From contig CAVYGN010000001.1 of assembly GCA_963768055.1 (NCBI GenBank), positions 736,001 to 800,000 on the forward strand: 64,000 nucleotides of DNA. The letters are read 5' to 3'. The notes under the pieces are model-generated. The model made no database searches, was not told the origin of the DNA, and saw nothing but the letters and a program-made list of their open reading frames with translations. The translations under genes and the position numbers were made by a program. Positions 29,408-38,777 of the stretch are shown here, in pieces. The first letter of the stretch is position 1. Every line of letters begins with the position of its first letter. Source of the stretch: an uncultured Spirochaetota bacterium. GTDB taxonomy: Bacteria > Spirochaetota > Brevinematia > Brevinematales > JAOACQ01.

Positions 29408-30430
29408 ATGGCATTGATGAAAGCAATACAGGTAAAATCTCCCGGCGCGGATTTTGAACTGGTCAGAATGGAAATTCCAGTCCCTAAAGAGGACGAAGTC
29501 CTGATCAAAGTCCAGGCCTGCGGTATCTGCCATGGCGACGCAATAGTTAAAGAGGGCCATTATCCCGGGGTGAAATACCCCAGGATCCCGGGACATGAGG
29601 TGATCGGGATTATCGAGGGGCTCGGCCCCGGCGTTTCCGTATGGCAGGCAGGCCAGCGTGTCGGGGTTGGCTGGTACGGGGGCCCATGCCTTAAATGCGA
29701 CTCCTGCAGGAAAAAAGATTACGCTAATTGTGAAAGTTTTCTTACAACGGGGATTTCCTTCGACGGGGGCTATGCAGAGTATATGACCGCCCACATGCAG
29801 GCTTTAAATATTATCCCGGATAAGCTTTCCGCAATGGAAGCGGCGCCGCTGCTTTGTGCCGGCAGGACGACGTTTTCAGCCCTCCGCAACAGCGGCGCCA
29901 GAGGCGGAGACATAGTAGCCGTGCTGGGCCTGGGGGGCCTCGGGCACCTTGCGATCCAGTTTTCAAGGAAACTCGGCTTCTACACGGTGGCCCTATCCCG
30001 TGGAAAAGAGAAGGAAGAACTGGCTTACAAGCTGGGAGCTCATGCCTATATAGACACGAATGAGTCGAACCCGGCTACGGAGCTTAAGAAACTTGGCGGG
30101 GCCAGGGTTGTCATTGCCACGGCTCCAAGCGGAAAAGCGATACAGGATGTGATCAACGGCCTGTGTTTCGACGGGCAGGTGATTATTGTAGCCGGGCAGG
30201 GCGAACCTATGCAGGTCGTTCCAGGCCAGCTGCTGGGCGGAAGGCGCTCGATCAGGGGATGGGTATCAGGGCCCATAAGAAATAAACCTGATGATGCCCT
30301 TAATTTCAGCACAATATCCGGGGTTATACCCATGATCGAGGTTTTCCCGCTGGAACAGGCGGCCCTGGCTTATGAGAAAATGATCTCATCGAAGGTCCAT
30401 TTCAGATCGGTTCTTAAAGTATCCGATTAA
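29408..30430 (+). CDS. Zn-dependent alcohol dehydrogenase
   Basis: CGICHGD, PGHE, CLKCDSC...C, GLGGLGH. Confidence 0.92.
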   Translation: MALMKAIQVKSPGADFELVRMEIPVPKEDEVLIKVQACGICHGDAIVKEGHYPGVKYPRIPGHEVIGIIEGLGPGVSVWQAGQRVGVGWYGGPCLKCDSCRKKDYANCESFLTTGISFDGGYAEYMTAHMQALNIIPDKLSAMEAAPLLCAGRTTFSALRNSGARGGDIVAVLGLGGLGHLAIQFSRKLGFYTVALSRGKEKEELAYKLGAHAYIDTNESNPATELKKLGGARVVIATAPSGKAIQDVINGLCFDGQVIIVAGQGEPMQVVPGQLLGGRRSIRGWVSGPIRNKPDDALNFSTISGVIPMIEVFPLEQAALAYEKMISSKVHFRSVLKVSD

Positions 30431-30443
30431 TTGGAGGTCAAAT

Positions 30444-31163
30444 ATGAATGAAATCCTTAAATTGATCTGTGAAAGGCATTCTTCAAGAGTGCCCTTTGAT
30501 GCCGGCCGGCCCCTGTCAGGAGAGGATTTGACAGAGATTCTCGAGGCGGCCCGGTGGACGCCTACAGCCCACAATATGCAGAATTTTGAAATAATCGTCG
30601 TTAAAGATAAGAAGGTCCTGGAAATGATCGGAAATATCAAACGGCCTGTTTCCGAGATCTTCATCAGGGAAAATTACCGGCAGTTGTCTTTTTCAGAAGA
30701 AGAGCTGATGAGAAAAAAAACAGGAATAATGGGTGCTATGTTTCCGCCCTCCTGGAGAAACCCCGATTTTAAACTTGATAAGGCGGATGAAAAAGAGATT
30801 GCTTCAATGCAGAGACCTTTACCGGCCGGCCCCATTTTGCTTATAGTGGTTTATGACCCCGGCAGGAGAGCCCCTGCTTCCGAGGGGGATTTTCTCGGGA
30901 TTATCAGCCTCGGCTGCTTAATGGAAAATATGTGGCTGGCGGCAGCATCACTGGGGATAGAAATGCATATAATCAGTTCACTGAGTTCCGAACCCGGGGT
31001 TAGAAAGATCCTGAATATTCCCGACAATCTTGTAATCGCTTTTTCATGCCGGCTAGGGTATCCGGTTTCAAAACCTGCCGCTTATCTCCGTGTGCGCAGG
31101 GATATTATGGATTTCATACATCACAATATATACGGGAATAAGGAGGAAAACAATGGCAATTAA
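30444..31163 (+). CDS. Nitroreductase family protein
   Basis: RHSSRVPFD, ARWTPTAHNMQNF, ENMWLAAASLG. Confidence 0.88.
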   Translation: MNEILKLICERHSSRVPFDAGRPLSGEDLTEILEAARWTPTAHNMQNFEIIVVKDKKVLEMIGNIKRPVSEIFIRENYRQLSFSEEELMRKKTGIMGAMFPPSWRNPDFKLDKADEKEIASMQRPLPAGPILLIVVYDPGRRAPASEGDFLGIISLGCLMENMWLAAASLGIEMHIISSLSSEPGVRKILNIPDNLVIAFSCRLGYPVSKPAAYLRVRRDIMDFIHHNIYGNKEENNGN

Positions 31164-31959
31164 AGGAGAATGGATCAATTATGGAGACCAGAAGGGGTAC
31201 TTCGCATTTCCGGAAAAAGCCTCGGAGCCGCTTCCGGGTATCATTGTAATCCAGGAAGCATGGGGAGTAAATGAACACATAGAAGATGTTACTAGGCGTT
31301 TCGCCGCCGCGGGTTATGCGGCCCTGGCTCCCGACCTGTTTGCGGTCGGCGGAAGCAGGCCGGCTGTACTTTCCCGGCAAAGGATCGAAAAGGCCATACA
31401 ATTCATGAGAAAGCTTCCCCCGACTGTAATGGGGGATATGGCGGCCAGGGCGGCCGAGATTGCCAAGCTTCCCGAACCGGACAGGACCGAGATAAGCGAA
31501 ACCTTCGGCCAGTTATTCACGGGCCCGGGCAGGATGATGGAACATATACCAAAGCTAAAGGCGGCGGTTCATCACCTCAGGAAAGAGCGGTCGGAAACAA
31601 AGGATCAAAAGGTAGCCTGTGTCGGATTCTGCATGGGGGGAGGGCTTTCGGCCCTGCTTGCCTGTGAAGAACCTGAAATTTCAGGCGCCGCAGTCTTCTA
31701 CGGGACTACCCCCCCCGAGGATAAAATTCCATCCATAAACTGTCCTGTCATAGGGTTCTATGGCGCAAACGACCAGCGCGTCAACGCGGGGATTCCGGCT
31801 TTTGAAAAAGCTATGCGTAGTGCGGGAAAGTCTTATGAGCATTTTATCTACGAAGGAGCCAATCATTCCTTCTTCAATGACGACGGCCTGGTATATAATG
31901 TCAAGGCGGTCAGGGATTCATTCGTACGACTTTTGACATTCTTTTCCAAAACTCTTTGA
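31153..31959 (+). CDS. Dienelactone hydrolase family protein
   Basis: QEAWGV, GFCMGG nucleophile, ANHSFFND. Start moved to ATG 31153 after the AGGAGG RBS. Confidence 0.9.
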   Translation: MAIKGEWINYGDQKGYFAFPEKASEPLPGIIVIQEAWGVNEHIEDVTRRFAAAGYAALAPDLFAVGGSRPAVLSRQRIEKAIQFMRKLPPTVMGDMAARAAEIAKLPEPDRTEISETFGQLFTGPGRMMEHIPKLKAAVHHLRKERSETKDQKVACVGFCMGGGLSALLACEEPEISGAAVFYGTTPPEDKIPSINCPVIGFYGANDQRVNAGIPAFEKAMRSAGKSYEHFIYEGANHSFFNDDGLVYNVKAVRDSFVRLLTFFSKTL

Positions 31960-32043
31960 GGGGCGTCCGGGTAATTTCCTTATTTCTGTCAGGTTTTTTT
32001 GCAATAAATCTGTTTATTTAACGTCATCATGAATAATGATATG

Positions 32044-32121
32044 TTGACAACCATTGGAAAACAGGTTAAAATTATTTCGTATGCAAAATATTATAATGCG
32101 AATAGTTTGTAAGCAAAATAT
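32044..32121 (+). promoter_or_regulatory. sigma70 promoter and tandem MarR-type operators
   Basis: TTGACA-17 nt-TAAAAT followed by imperfect palindromes TATTTCGTATGCAAAATA and TAGTTTGTAAGCAAAATA. Confidence 0.65.
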
Positions 32122-32152
32122 TTAGTAATTTATTGACGGGAGATGTTTTTTT

Positions 32153-32590
32153 ATGAAGCCGACTGAAGAAAACCTTGATGTAATCAGGCTGCTTAAAGAA
32201 GTAATGGTTTTTTTTAAGCATAATATGACTAAAGCCCTTGAGAACAGCGGCCTTACCGTTCCCCAGGGAATGCTTGTCGGCGTGCTTGGGAACCATGGAA
32301 GGATGAGAATCCACGAGCTCGGCAGCAGGCTCAGTATGACTGACAGCACTGTATCGGGCGTCGTCGACAGGCTTGAAAAGCAGGGAATTGTAAAAAGGAC
32401 AAGGAGCCGGGAAGATAAAAGAGTTGTATATGTCAGCGTTTCTCCGAATTTTGAAGAAAAGCAGCAGGAACTTCATGACTTTATGAATAAAGCAATCGAA
32501 AACGTGATCAGCAAAGCCTCAGCCAGGGAACTCGATGAGGTAAGGCATGGCCTTAACGTGTTAAAACGGCTCATGGGCGGAACAGTATAA
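32153..32590 (+). CDS. MarR family transcriptional regulator
   Basis: GLTVPQ, STVSGVVDRLEKQGIVKRTRSREDKRVV. Confidence 0.92.
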   Translation: MKPTEENLDVIRLLKEVMVFFKHNMTKALENSGLTVPQGMLVGVLGNHGRMRIHELGSRLSMTDSTVSGVVDRLEKQGIVKRTRSREDKRVVYVSVSPNFEEKQQELHDFMNKAIENVISKASARELDEVRHGLNVLKRLMGGTV

Positions 32591-32621
32591 TAGACAACTT
32601 ATTAAATTGGAGTAAAATTCC

Positions 32622-34352
32622 GTGCTGAAATTAATGAAATATTTGAAACCATATACAATACCTGTAATAGCTGTGTTCGTTCTGGTTTTTCTCCAGGCGA
32701 TCAGCGACCTATACCTGCCGACCCTTATGTCTGACATTGTGAACAAAGGGATTACCAACGGAGATACAAATTATATCCTGTCAACCGGCGGGCTGATGCT
32801 GGCAGTCGCCCTGGGAGGATCCGTCTGCGCTGTTCTGGCGGCTTACTTTTCTGCGCATTCCGCTATGGGGCTTGGAGAAATTATCCGTGAAAAGCTCTTT
32901 ACGCATATCACCACATTTTCCCTCCATGAATTCGACAAGGTCGGCACTCCTTCAATGATCACCCGTAACACTAATGACGTAACGCAAATCCAAAATGTCC
33001 TCGTTATCATGCTCCGGATGATGATAAGCGCGCCGATCATGTGCGTAGGCGGAATCATTATGGCCATATCCAAGGATCAGGGCCTGTCATGGGTAATTGT
33101 GGTTGTCATACCGGTCCTTGCCGGAACCATTGCTTTTGTAGCAATAAAAGGTTTTCCCCTTTTTCAATCCATTCAAAAGAAGGTTGATAAGATCAACCTG
33201 GTGATCCGGGAGGGATTAACCGGCATCCGGGTTATTCGCGCTTTCAACCGCTCAAGCGATGAGAAAGAGCGTTTCGAAGATGCGAATTCCGACCTGATGC
33301 AGACCTCCATCCAGGTTAACCGCCTGATGGCGGTCCTCATGCCCGTTATGATGCTGATGATGAATATTACGACCGTTGCGATAATCTGGGTGGGCAGCAT
33401 AAGGGTCAATATCGGCACTTCGAATATTGGCAATATGATGGCCTTTCTTCAGTATGCGATGCAGATCTTATTTTCATTGATCATGGCTTCCATAATGTTC
33501 ATTATGGTCCCGAGGGCGCAGGCTTCCGCGATAAGGATCAACGAGGTGCTGGCTATCGTTCCGGAAATAAAAGACACTGAAAGGCCGGAGGCAGTAAGTG
33601 ACCGGACAAAAGGCTATATCGAATTCCGGGACGTGACATTCAGCTACCATGGCGCCGAGGAGCCGGCTGTACGCAATGTCTCTTTCTCGGCTAAACCGGG
33701 CGAAGTCACCGCTATCATCGGAAGCACCGGCTCGGGAAAATCCACGCTGATCAATCTGATCCCCCGGTTTTATGACGCCGACAGCGGAAGTGTTTTAATA
33801 GACGGGGTCGATGTGCGGGATATGCCCCAGCTGGCGTTGAGGAACAGGATAGGATTTGTCCCTCAAAATGCGATTTTATTTACCGGGACCATAGCGGACA
33901 ATATCCGTTACGGAAAGGAAGACGCGAATGAAAAAGAAATTATAAAAGCGGCCCGGGTTGCCCAGGCGGAGGAATTCATCTGTGAAATGAAAGATGGATA
34001 CGATTCGTTCATATCCCAGGGGGGTATTAACGTATCCGGAGGCCAGAAACAGCGCCTTTCGATAGCGAGAGCCCTTATAAAAAAGCCCGAGATTTATGTT
34101 TTTGACGACAGCTTTTCAGCCCTTGACTTCAAGACTGACTCAAGGCTCAGGGCCGCCCTTAGAAAAGAAACCTCCCATTCGACAGTCATTATAGTCGGCC
34201 AGCGTGTAGCCACGATTATGGGCGCCGACCGCATTATTGTCCTGGACGAAGGCCGTATCGCCGGGCTCGGCACCCATAAAGAGCTTTATGAAAGCTGCGG
34301 CGTTTACCGCGAGATCGTAGCTTCACAACTTTCCGAAGAGGAGCTGGCATGA
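32622..34352 (+). CDS. Heterodimeric ABC multidrug exporter, subunit 1 (TMD plus NBD)
   Basis: GSTGSGKST, VSGGQKQR, degenerate Walker B FDDSFSALD and Q in the H-loop (TM287-like). Confidence 0.92.
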   Translation: MLKLMKYLKPYTIPVIAVFVLVFLQAISDLYLPTLMSDIVNKGITNGDTNYILSTGGLMLAVALGGSVCAVLAAYFSAHSAMGLGEIIREKLFTHITTFSLHEFDKVGTPSMITRNTNDVTQIQNVLVIMLRMMISAPIMCVGGIIMAISKDQGLSWVIVVVIPVLAGTIAFVAIKGFPLFQSIQKKVDKINLVIREGLTGIRVIRAFNRSSDEKERFEDANSDLMQTSIQVNRLMAVLMPVMMLMMNITTVAIIWVGSIRVNIGTSNIGNMMAFLQYAMQILFSLIMASIMFIMVPRAQASAIRINEVLAIVPEIKDTERPEAVSDRTKGYIEFRDVTFSYHGAEEPAVRNVSFSAKPGEVTAIIGSTGSGKSTLINLIPRFYDADSGSVLIDGVDVRDMPQLALRNRIGFVPQNAILFTGTIADNIRYGKEDANEKEIIKAARVAQAEEFICEMKDGYDSFISQGGINVSGGQKQRLSIARALIKKPEIYVFDDSFSALDFKTDSRLRAALRKETSHSTVIIVGQRVATIMGADRIIVLDEGRIAGLGTHKELYESCGVYREIVASQLSEEELA

Positions 34353-36262
34353 GCGACAATAAAACGCAAAGACCGGCTGCGCAGCCCCGGGGCGGTTTCG
34401 GACGGGGCCCGGGAGGGGGCAGGGGAGGCTTTGGCGGCGGCATGTTCGGCCAGGGACCTGTCCAGAAGGCGAAGGATTTTTCAGGAACAACCCGACGGCT
34501 TTTAATATATTTAAGGCCATACAGGATACAGCTGATCATCGTTGCGATGTTCGCAGTTCTCAGCACGGTCTTCAACATCGCCGGGCCGAAAATTCTCGGG
34601 TTGGCAACGACAAAACTCTTTGACGGATTGATCGGAAAGTACGGAGCCTACCTGCTTCACAAGCCCGTGCCTTCGATCGACTTCATATACATAGGGCGGA
34701 TCATTATAATTCTAATCGGACTCTATCTTATTAGTGCCGTGTTCAGCTATATACAGCAGTATCAAATGGCCGGCCTGTCGCAGAAGACCGTTTACGATAT
34801 GCGGCGCGACTTAAACGACAAAATTTCCAGGCTTCCCCTGAAATTTTTTGACGGAAGGACCCATGGGGAAATTATGAGCCGTTTCACGAATGATATAGAT
34901 AATATAAGCACAACGCTCCAGCAGAGTCTAACCCAGCTTATAACGTCGGCATGCACCATTCTCGGAGTCCTTGTAATGATGCTGACGATCAGTCCCTGGC
35001 TTACATTGATAACTATCGTGACATTGCCGGTTTCCTTTATAATGACCGCCAATATAGCCAAAATGTCCCAGAAATACTTCGGCGCCCAGCAGAAGTCGCT
35101 GGGAGAACTGAACGGCCATGTGGAAGAAATGTTCACCGGGCATAAGATTGTAAAGGCTTTCGGTCATGAGAACAGATCCCTGCATGAATTCAAAACGATA
35201 AACGGAAGGTTCTACAACGCCGCATGGAAAGCGCAGTTCGTTTCGGGGATCATCTTCCCGATGATGAATTTTATTAACAATATCGGCTATGTGCTTGTAT
35301 GCGTCGTCGGGGGTATAATGGCGGCAAGAAAGGCATTAAAGATCGGCGATATCCAGGCCTTCATCCAGTATTCGCGTCAGTTTACTATGCCTATAGCCCA
35401 GACGGCAAATATCGCCAATGTTCTTCAATCGACAATTGCTTCCGCCGAACGTGTTTTTGAAATTCTGGACGAACCGGAAGAAATTCCCGAAAGTCCTTTC
35501 GCTAAACAGATAAAGGCGCCGAGGGGTGAAGTACGTTTCGAACATGTGAAATTCGGCTATAAAGAAGATGTTATTCTGATGGAAGACCTCAATATCGATG
35601 TCAGGCAGGGCCAGACAATAGCTATTGTCGGGCCGACAGGTGCAGGTAAGACTACGATGGTAAATCTGCTGATGCGCTTTTATGAACTCGATGGCGGGAA
35701 GATAACTGTCGACGGTGTTGATATCCGGGATTTAGAGCGGGGCAGACTGAGGACTATGTTCGGAATGGTTCTCCAGGATACATGGTTATTCAACGGTACG
35801 ATTAAAGAAAATATCGGTTATGGTCGTGAAGGCGCCAGCAACGATCAAATAATAGAGGCTGCAAAGGCCGCCCATGCCGACCATTTTATAAGGGCTCTCC
35901 CCGAAGGCTACGATACTATCCTGAATGAAGAAGCGTCGAACATATCCCAGGGAGAAAAACAGCTTCTCACGATCGCCCGTGCAATTCTCTCGGATCCGGC
36001 AATCCTTATCCTGGACGAAGCGACATCCAGCGTTGATACCAGGACCGAAGTTTTCATTCAGAAAGCCATGAAGTCTCTCAGAGAAGGCCGGACCAGCTTT
36101 GTGATCGCTCACCGCCTTTCAACCATCCGGGACGCCGAATTGATACTGGTCATGAACCATGGGAACATCATTGAAATGGGAAATCACAAAGAACTGCTGG
36201 ATAAAGGGGGTTTCTATGCCGATCTGTATAACAGCCAGTTTACAGGGGCCTATGTAGAGTAA
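34349..36262 (+). CDS. Heterodimeric ABC multidrug exporter, subunit 2
   Basis: GPTGAGKTT, ISQGEKQ, LDEATSSVD, IAHRLST (TM288-like). Confidence 0.92.
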   Translation: MSDNKTQRPAAQPRGGFGRGPGGGRGGFGGGMFGQGPVQKAKDFSGTTRRLLIYLRPYRIQLIIVAMFAVLSTVFNIAGPKILGLATTKLFDGLIGKYGAYLLHKPVPSIDFIYIGRIIIILIGLYLISAVFSYIQQYQMAGLSQKTVYDMRRDLNDKISRLPLKFFDGRTHGEIMSRFTNDIDNISTTLQQSLTQLITSACTILGVLVMMLTISPWLTLITIVTLPVSFIMTANIAKMSQKYFGAQQKSLGELNGHVEEMFTGHKIVKAFGHENRSLHEFKTINGRFYNAAWKAQFVSGIIFPMMNFINNIGYVLVCVVGGIMAARKALKIGDIQAFIQYSRQFTMPIAQTANIANVLQSTIASAERVFEILDEPEEIPESPFAKQIKAPRGEVRFEHVKFGYKEDVILMEDLNIDVRQGQTIAIVGPTGAGKTTMVNLLMRFYELDGGKITVDGVDIRDLERGRLRTMFGMVLQDTWLFNGTIKENIGYGREGASNDQIIEAAKAAHADHFIRALPEGYDTILNEEASNISQGEKQLLTIARAILSDPAILILDEATSSVDTRTEVFIQKAMKSLREGRTSFVIAHRLSTIRDAELILVMNHGNIIEMGNHKELLDKGGFYADLYNSQFTGAYVE

Positions 36263-36316
36263 ATTATTTTAAATTGAATATAAAGAGATAAAAATAAAAA
36301 ATAAGGAAGAAGAACA

Positions 36317-37222
36317 ATGCCAACAAAAACAAAAACTGACGAAAGGAAAAAACCTGTGCAACTGGGAGCGATCATTTTAGCAGTTATCCTGATTGTCGGG
36401 GGAGGTTTCGGCATCTACTGGCTGAGCGATGTTATAAATTATGTAAGTACCGACGACGCCGCGATCGATTGCGACCATGTGGCCGTCAGTTCGAAAATAC
36501 TCGGCCGTATTCAAAGCCTGAATGTGGCGGAAAGAGACAAAGTGCATATCGGCCAGCTGCTTGTTCAGCTCGACAATTCGGATATAATCGCCCAGGAATC
36601 TCAGGCCCTTGCCTCCCTTAAATATTCCAGGCAAAACCTTGTACTTGAAAAAGTCAATCTTGACCATGCCCAGGACGATTTTATACGCGCCAAAGCCTTG
36701 TTTAACAGCGGGGTGGATACTAAAGAGCAGTATAATCACGCCTCAAAGTCCCAGGAAACAGCCGCTGTTCAGTATGAGATCGCACAATCCCAGGTGGATA
36801 CAGCTCTGGCGCAGCTCGGCGTAATTCAAACCCAGCTTTCAAACACGAAGATCATTGCGCCGATTGACGGTAGCGTCGCCAAACTTAACTATATTCAGGG
36901 CGACGTCGTGCAGCCGGGACAGTCGATCTTCACTATTAACAACCTTAGTAAAGTCTGGGTAACAGCCAATTTCGAGGAAACTAAAGTCCGCCGTATACAT
37001 ATTGGAGCTGAAGCTGAAATTTCAATTGACGCTTATCCCGGAAGATCTTTTAAAGGCAGGGTTTCGAGGATAGCGGCAGGTATAGTGCCGCCATCTTTTT
37101 CGATCGGAGATTTTACAAAGACAACGCAGCGTATACCGATAACTATAGAATTTGAAAAGATACCTGATACACTAGTGGCATTGCCGGGAATGTCGGTCGA
37201 GGTTAAAATTAAATCCAGATAG
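36317..37222 (+). CDS. HlyD/EmrA family membrane fusion protein
   Basis: YVSTDDAAI, IIAPIDGSV, WVTANFEET, FTKTTQRIPI, PGMSVEV. Confidence 0.9.
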   Translation: MPTKTKTDERKKPVQLGAIILAVILIVGGGFGIYWLSDVINYVSTDDAAIDCDHVAVSSKILGRIQSLNVAERDKVHIGQLLVQLDNSDIIAQESQALASLKYSRQNLVLEKVNLDHAQDDFIRAKALFNSGVDTKEQYNHASKSQETAAVQYEIAQSQVDTALAQLGVIQTQLSNTKIIAPIDGSVAKLNYIQGDVVQPGQSIFTINNLSKVWVTANFEETKVRRIHIGAEAEISIDAYPGRSFKGRVSRIAAGIVPPSFSIGDFTKTTQRIPITIEFEKIPDTLVALPGMSVEVKIKSR

Positions 37223-37344
37223 GACGACCAGATCAATATACATCCGTTATGAAGTTGATTTTTTACTGTGCTTATTCGTAAGCTTAAGTGCCCGTAGGGT
37301 ATGAACTGCATGGCTTCAGAACTCACGGCTTTAGCTGGCAGTAA

Positions 37345-37470
37345 TGTCATTTCGAGGATAACAGCCCTAAAGGGGCTGTATGACGAGAAATCCACCTTCG
37401 AAGAAGATTTCTCCCGATCTGCCGGGTCGGGATAAACCCTTTCAGGATAAACACTGCGTTCGAAATGACA
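37345..37470. repeat. Palindromic intergenic element (TGTCATTTCGA...GAGAAATC...GATTTCTC...TCGAAATGACA type)
   Basis: Perfect 11-bp terminal inverted repeat plus inner GAGAAATC/GATTTCTC pair, between convergent genes. Confidence 0.8.
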
Positions 37471-37515
37471 ATCCTTTCATAATGCGAGATAAAAATTGAC
37501 CTCATAAAAAAACAA

Positions 37516-38496
37516 TTATTGTTTTGAATCAGCGGGAAAAGACTGCTGACTGTCGACTTCCGGCTTTGGACTACCGATTTTTATGAACCAGGGAATTATT
37601 TTCGATGTTTCTTTTTGATAAATTGAATATTCGCTGTATTTGCGGCTTGAAATGGATTCCGTGAGTACGGTCGATCCCTGGAACAAAAGGGTGAGAAGAA
37701 CAGCTCCGGCGCAGCTCCAGTTGAGCCAGATGCCCGACGCCGAGCAGCCTAGAAAATAAACCGTCCACCAGATGCATATCTCTGCAAAATAATTGGGGTG
37801 CCTGGAATATCTGAAAAGGCCATGAGTGAGAAATCCCCGGGAAATGTCTCCTTCCGCTTTGGCGGCTGATCCGGCCGCCGCTTTTTTATCCTGTTGAAAG
37901 TTCCATTGCTGCTGATCGGCTATTGTTTCAATGACAAGGAATGCAAGGAATAAAATCGAAAAAAAGATATCGATATTTTCGGGAGGTTTGCCCCTGTTAA
38001 TGTAAATAATATAAACGGGCAGCGAAAAGAGCAGTATAAGGATATGCTGGTAAAAAGATATGAAAAACAGATTAAACAATTGCCATAAGGTTTTGTTCCT
38101 TACAATCTTGCGCAGCTCGGCCCACCGGTAATCTTCCTTGTCTGAATATCCTCCCTTTCTTGCAAAGTTATAAGTTAGCCGCGCACCCCATAAGGTTACA
38201 AGTACAGCGGCAAAAATAAGGCGGATATCGGGCCAGCCATGCCAGGCAAGTATCCAGACATAAATTACCGGTGTAATACTCCAGAACCTGTCCACCCAGG
38301 AATAATCGTTAGTTGCAAAGCCCATCAGGAAGCTTGTTATCCCAAAAGTGCCGGCTGTAATGATAAGTATGTACATTGGTTCGCCGCTGCAAACGAAGAC
38401 TAAAGGATGGCCTCCTGAAAAGACAGCCATCAAAGCTAAAGCAATTAGAACTGTTAATATCGAGAATAAAGCTAATTTAATTTGAAGGCTCCTCAC
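37516..38496 (-). CDS. DUF1295 (steroid 5-alpha-reductase-like) membrane protein
   Basis: DYSWVDRFWS, WGARLTYNF, EDYRW, ADQQQW, GLFRYSRHPNYF. Confidence 0.88.
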   Translation of the reverse strand: MRSLQIKLALFSILTVLIALALMAVFSGGHPLVFVCSGEPMYILIITAGTFGITSFLMGFATNDYSWVDRFWSITPVIYVWILAWHGWPDIRLIFAAVLVTLWGARLTYNFARKGGYSDKEDYRWAELRKIVRNKTLWQLFNLFFISFYQHILILLFSLPVYIIYINRGKPPENIDIFFSILFLAFLVIETIADQQQWNFQQDKKAAAGSAAKAEGDISRGFLTHGLFRYSRHPNYFAEICIWWTVYFLGCSASGIWLNWSCAGAVLLTLLFQGSTVLTESISSRKYSEYSIYQKETSKIIPWFIKIGSPKPEVDSQQSFPADSKQ

Positions 38497-38559
38497 CGAG
38501 TATCGAATGGGCCCAACCTTGCCGCCCTTGTGCCGACTTGCTCGGCGTGAAAAGGCTAT

Positions 38560-38592
38560 GTCCTGTAAGGAGGTTATTAGAAGGGCCCTTAA
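38560..38592. mobile_element. MITE-like element, copy 2 (one terminus recognisable)
   Basis: GTCCTGTAAGGAGGTTATTAGAAGGGCCCTTAA matches the right end of 9526..9684. Confidence 0.55.
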
Positions 38593-38777
38593 ATCATATT
38601 ATATGATTCTTTGAAATATATAACAATAGAATGGCCGTTTATCTTTCGCAGAACGGAAGGCGGTTTTTCCTGTAATGGTGATCCCTGCATTCCTTGCAAT
38701 TCCCATGCCTTGGGCATTTATTTTTCAGGCAGGGGCAATCCCGGCGGTTTTCTGATGTACTCATTAATTTTCCAGAA

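Noticed and set aside
32622..36262. ABC pair as the NdvA/Cgt cyclic glucan exporter
   Set aside because: It is a heterodimeric TM287/288-type pair in a MarR operon 9 kb from cgs; characterised Cgt/NdvA is encoded by a single gene.
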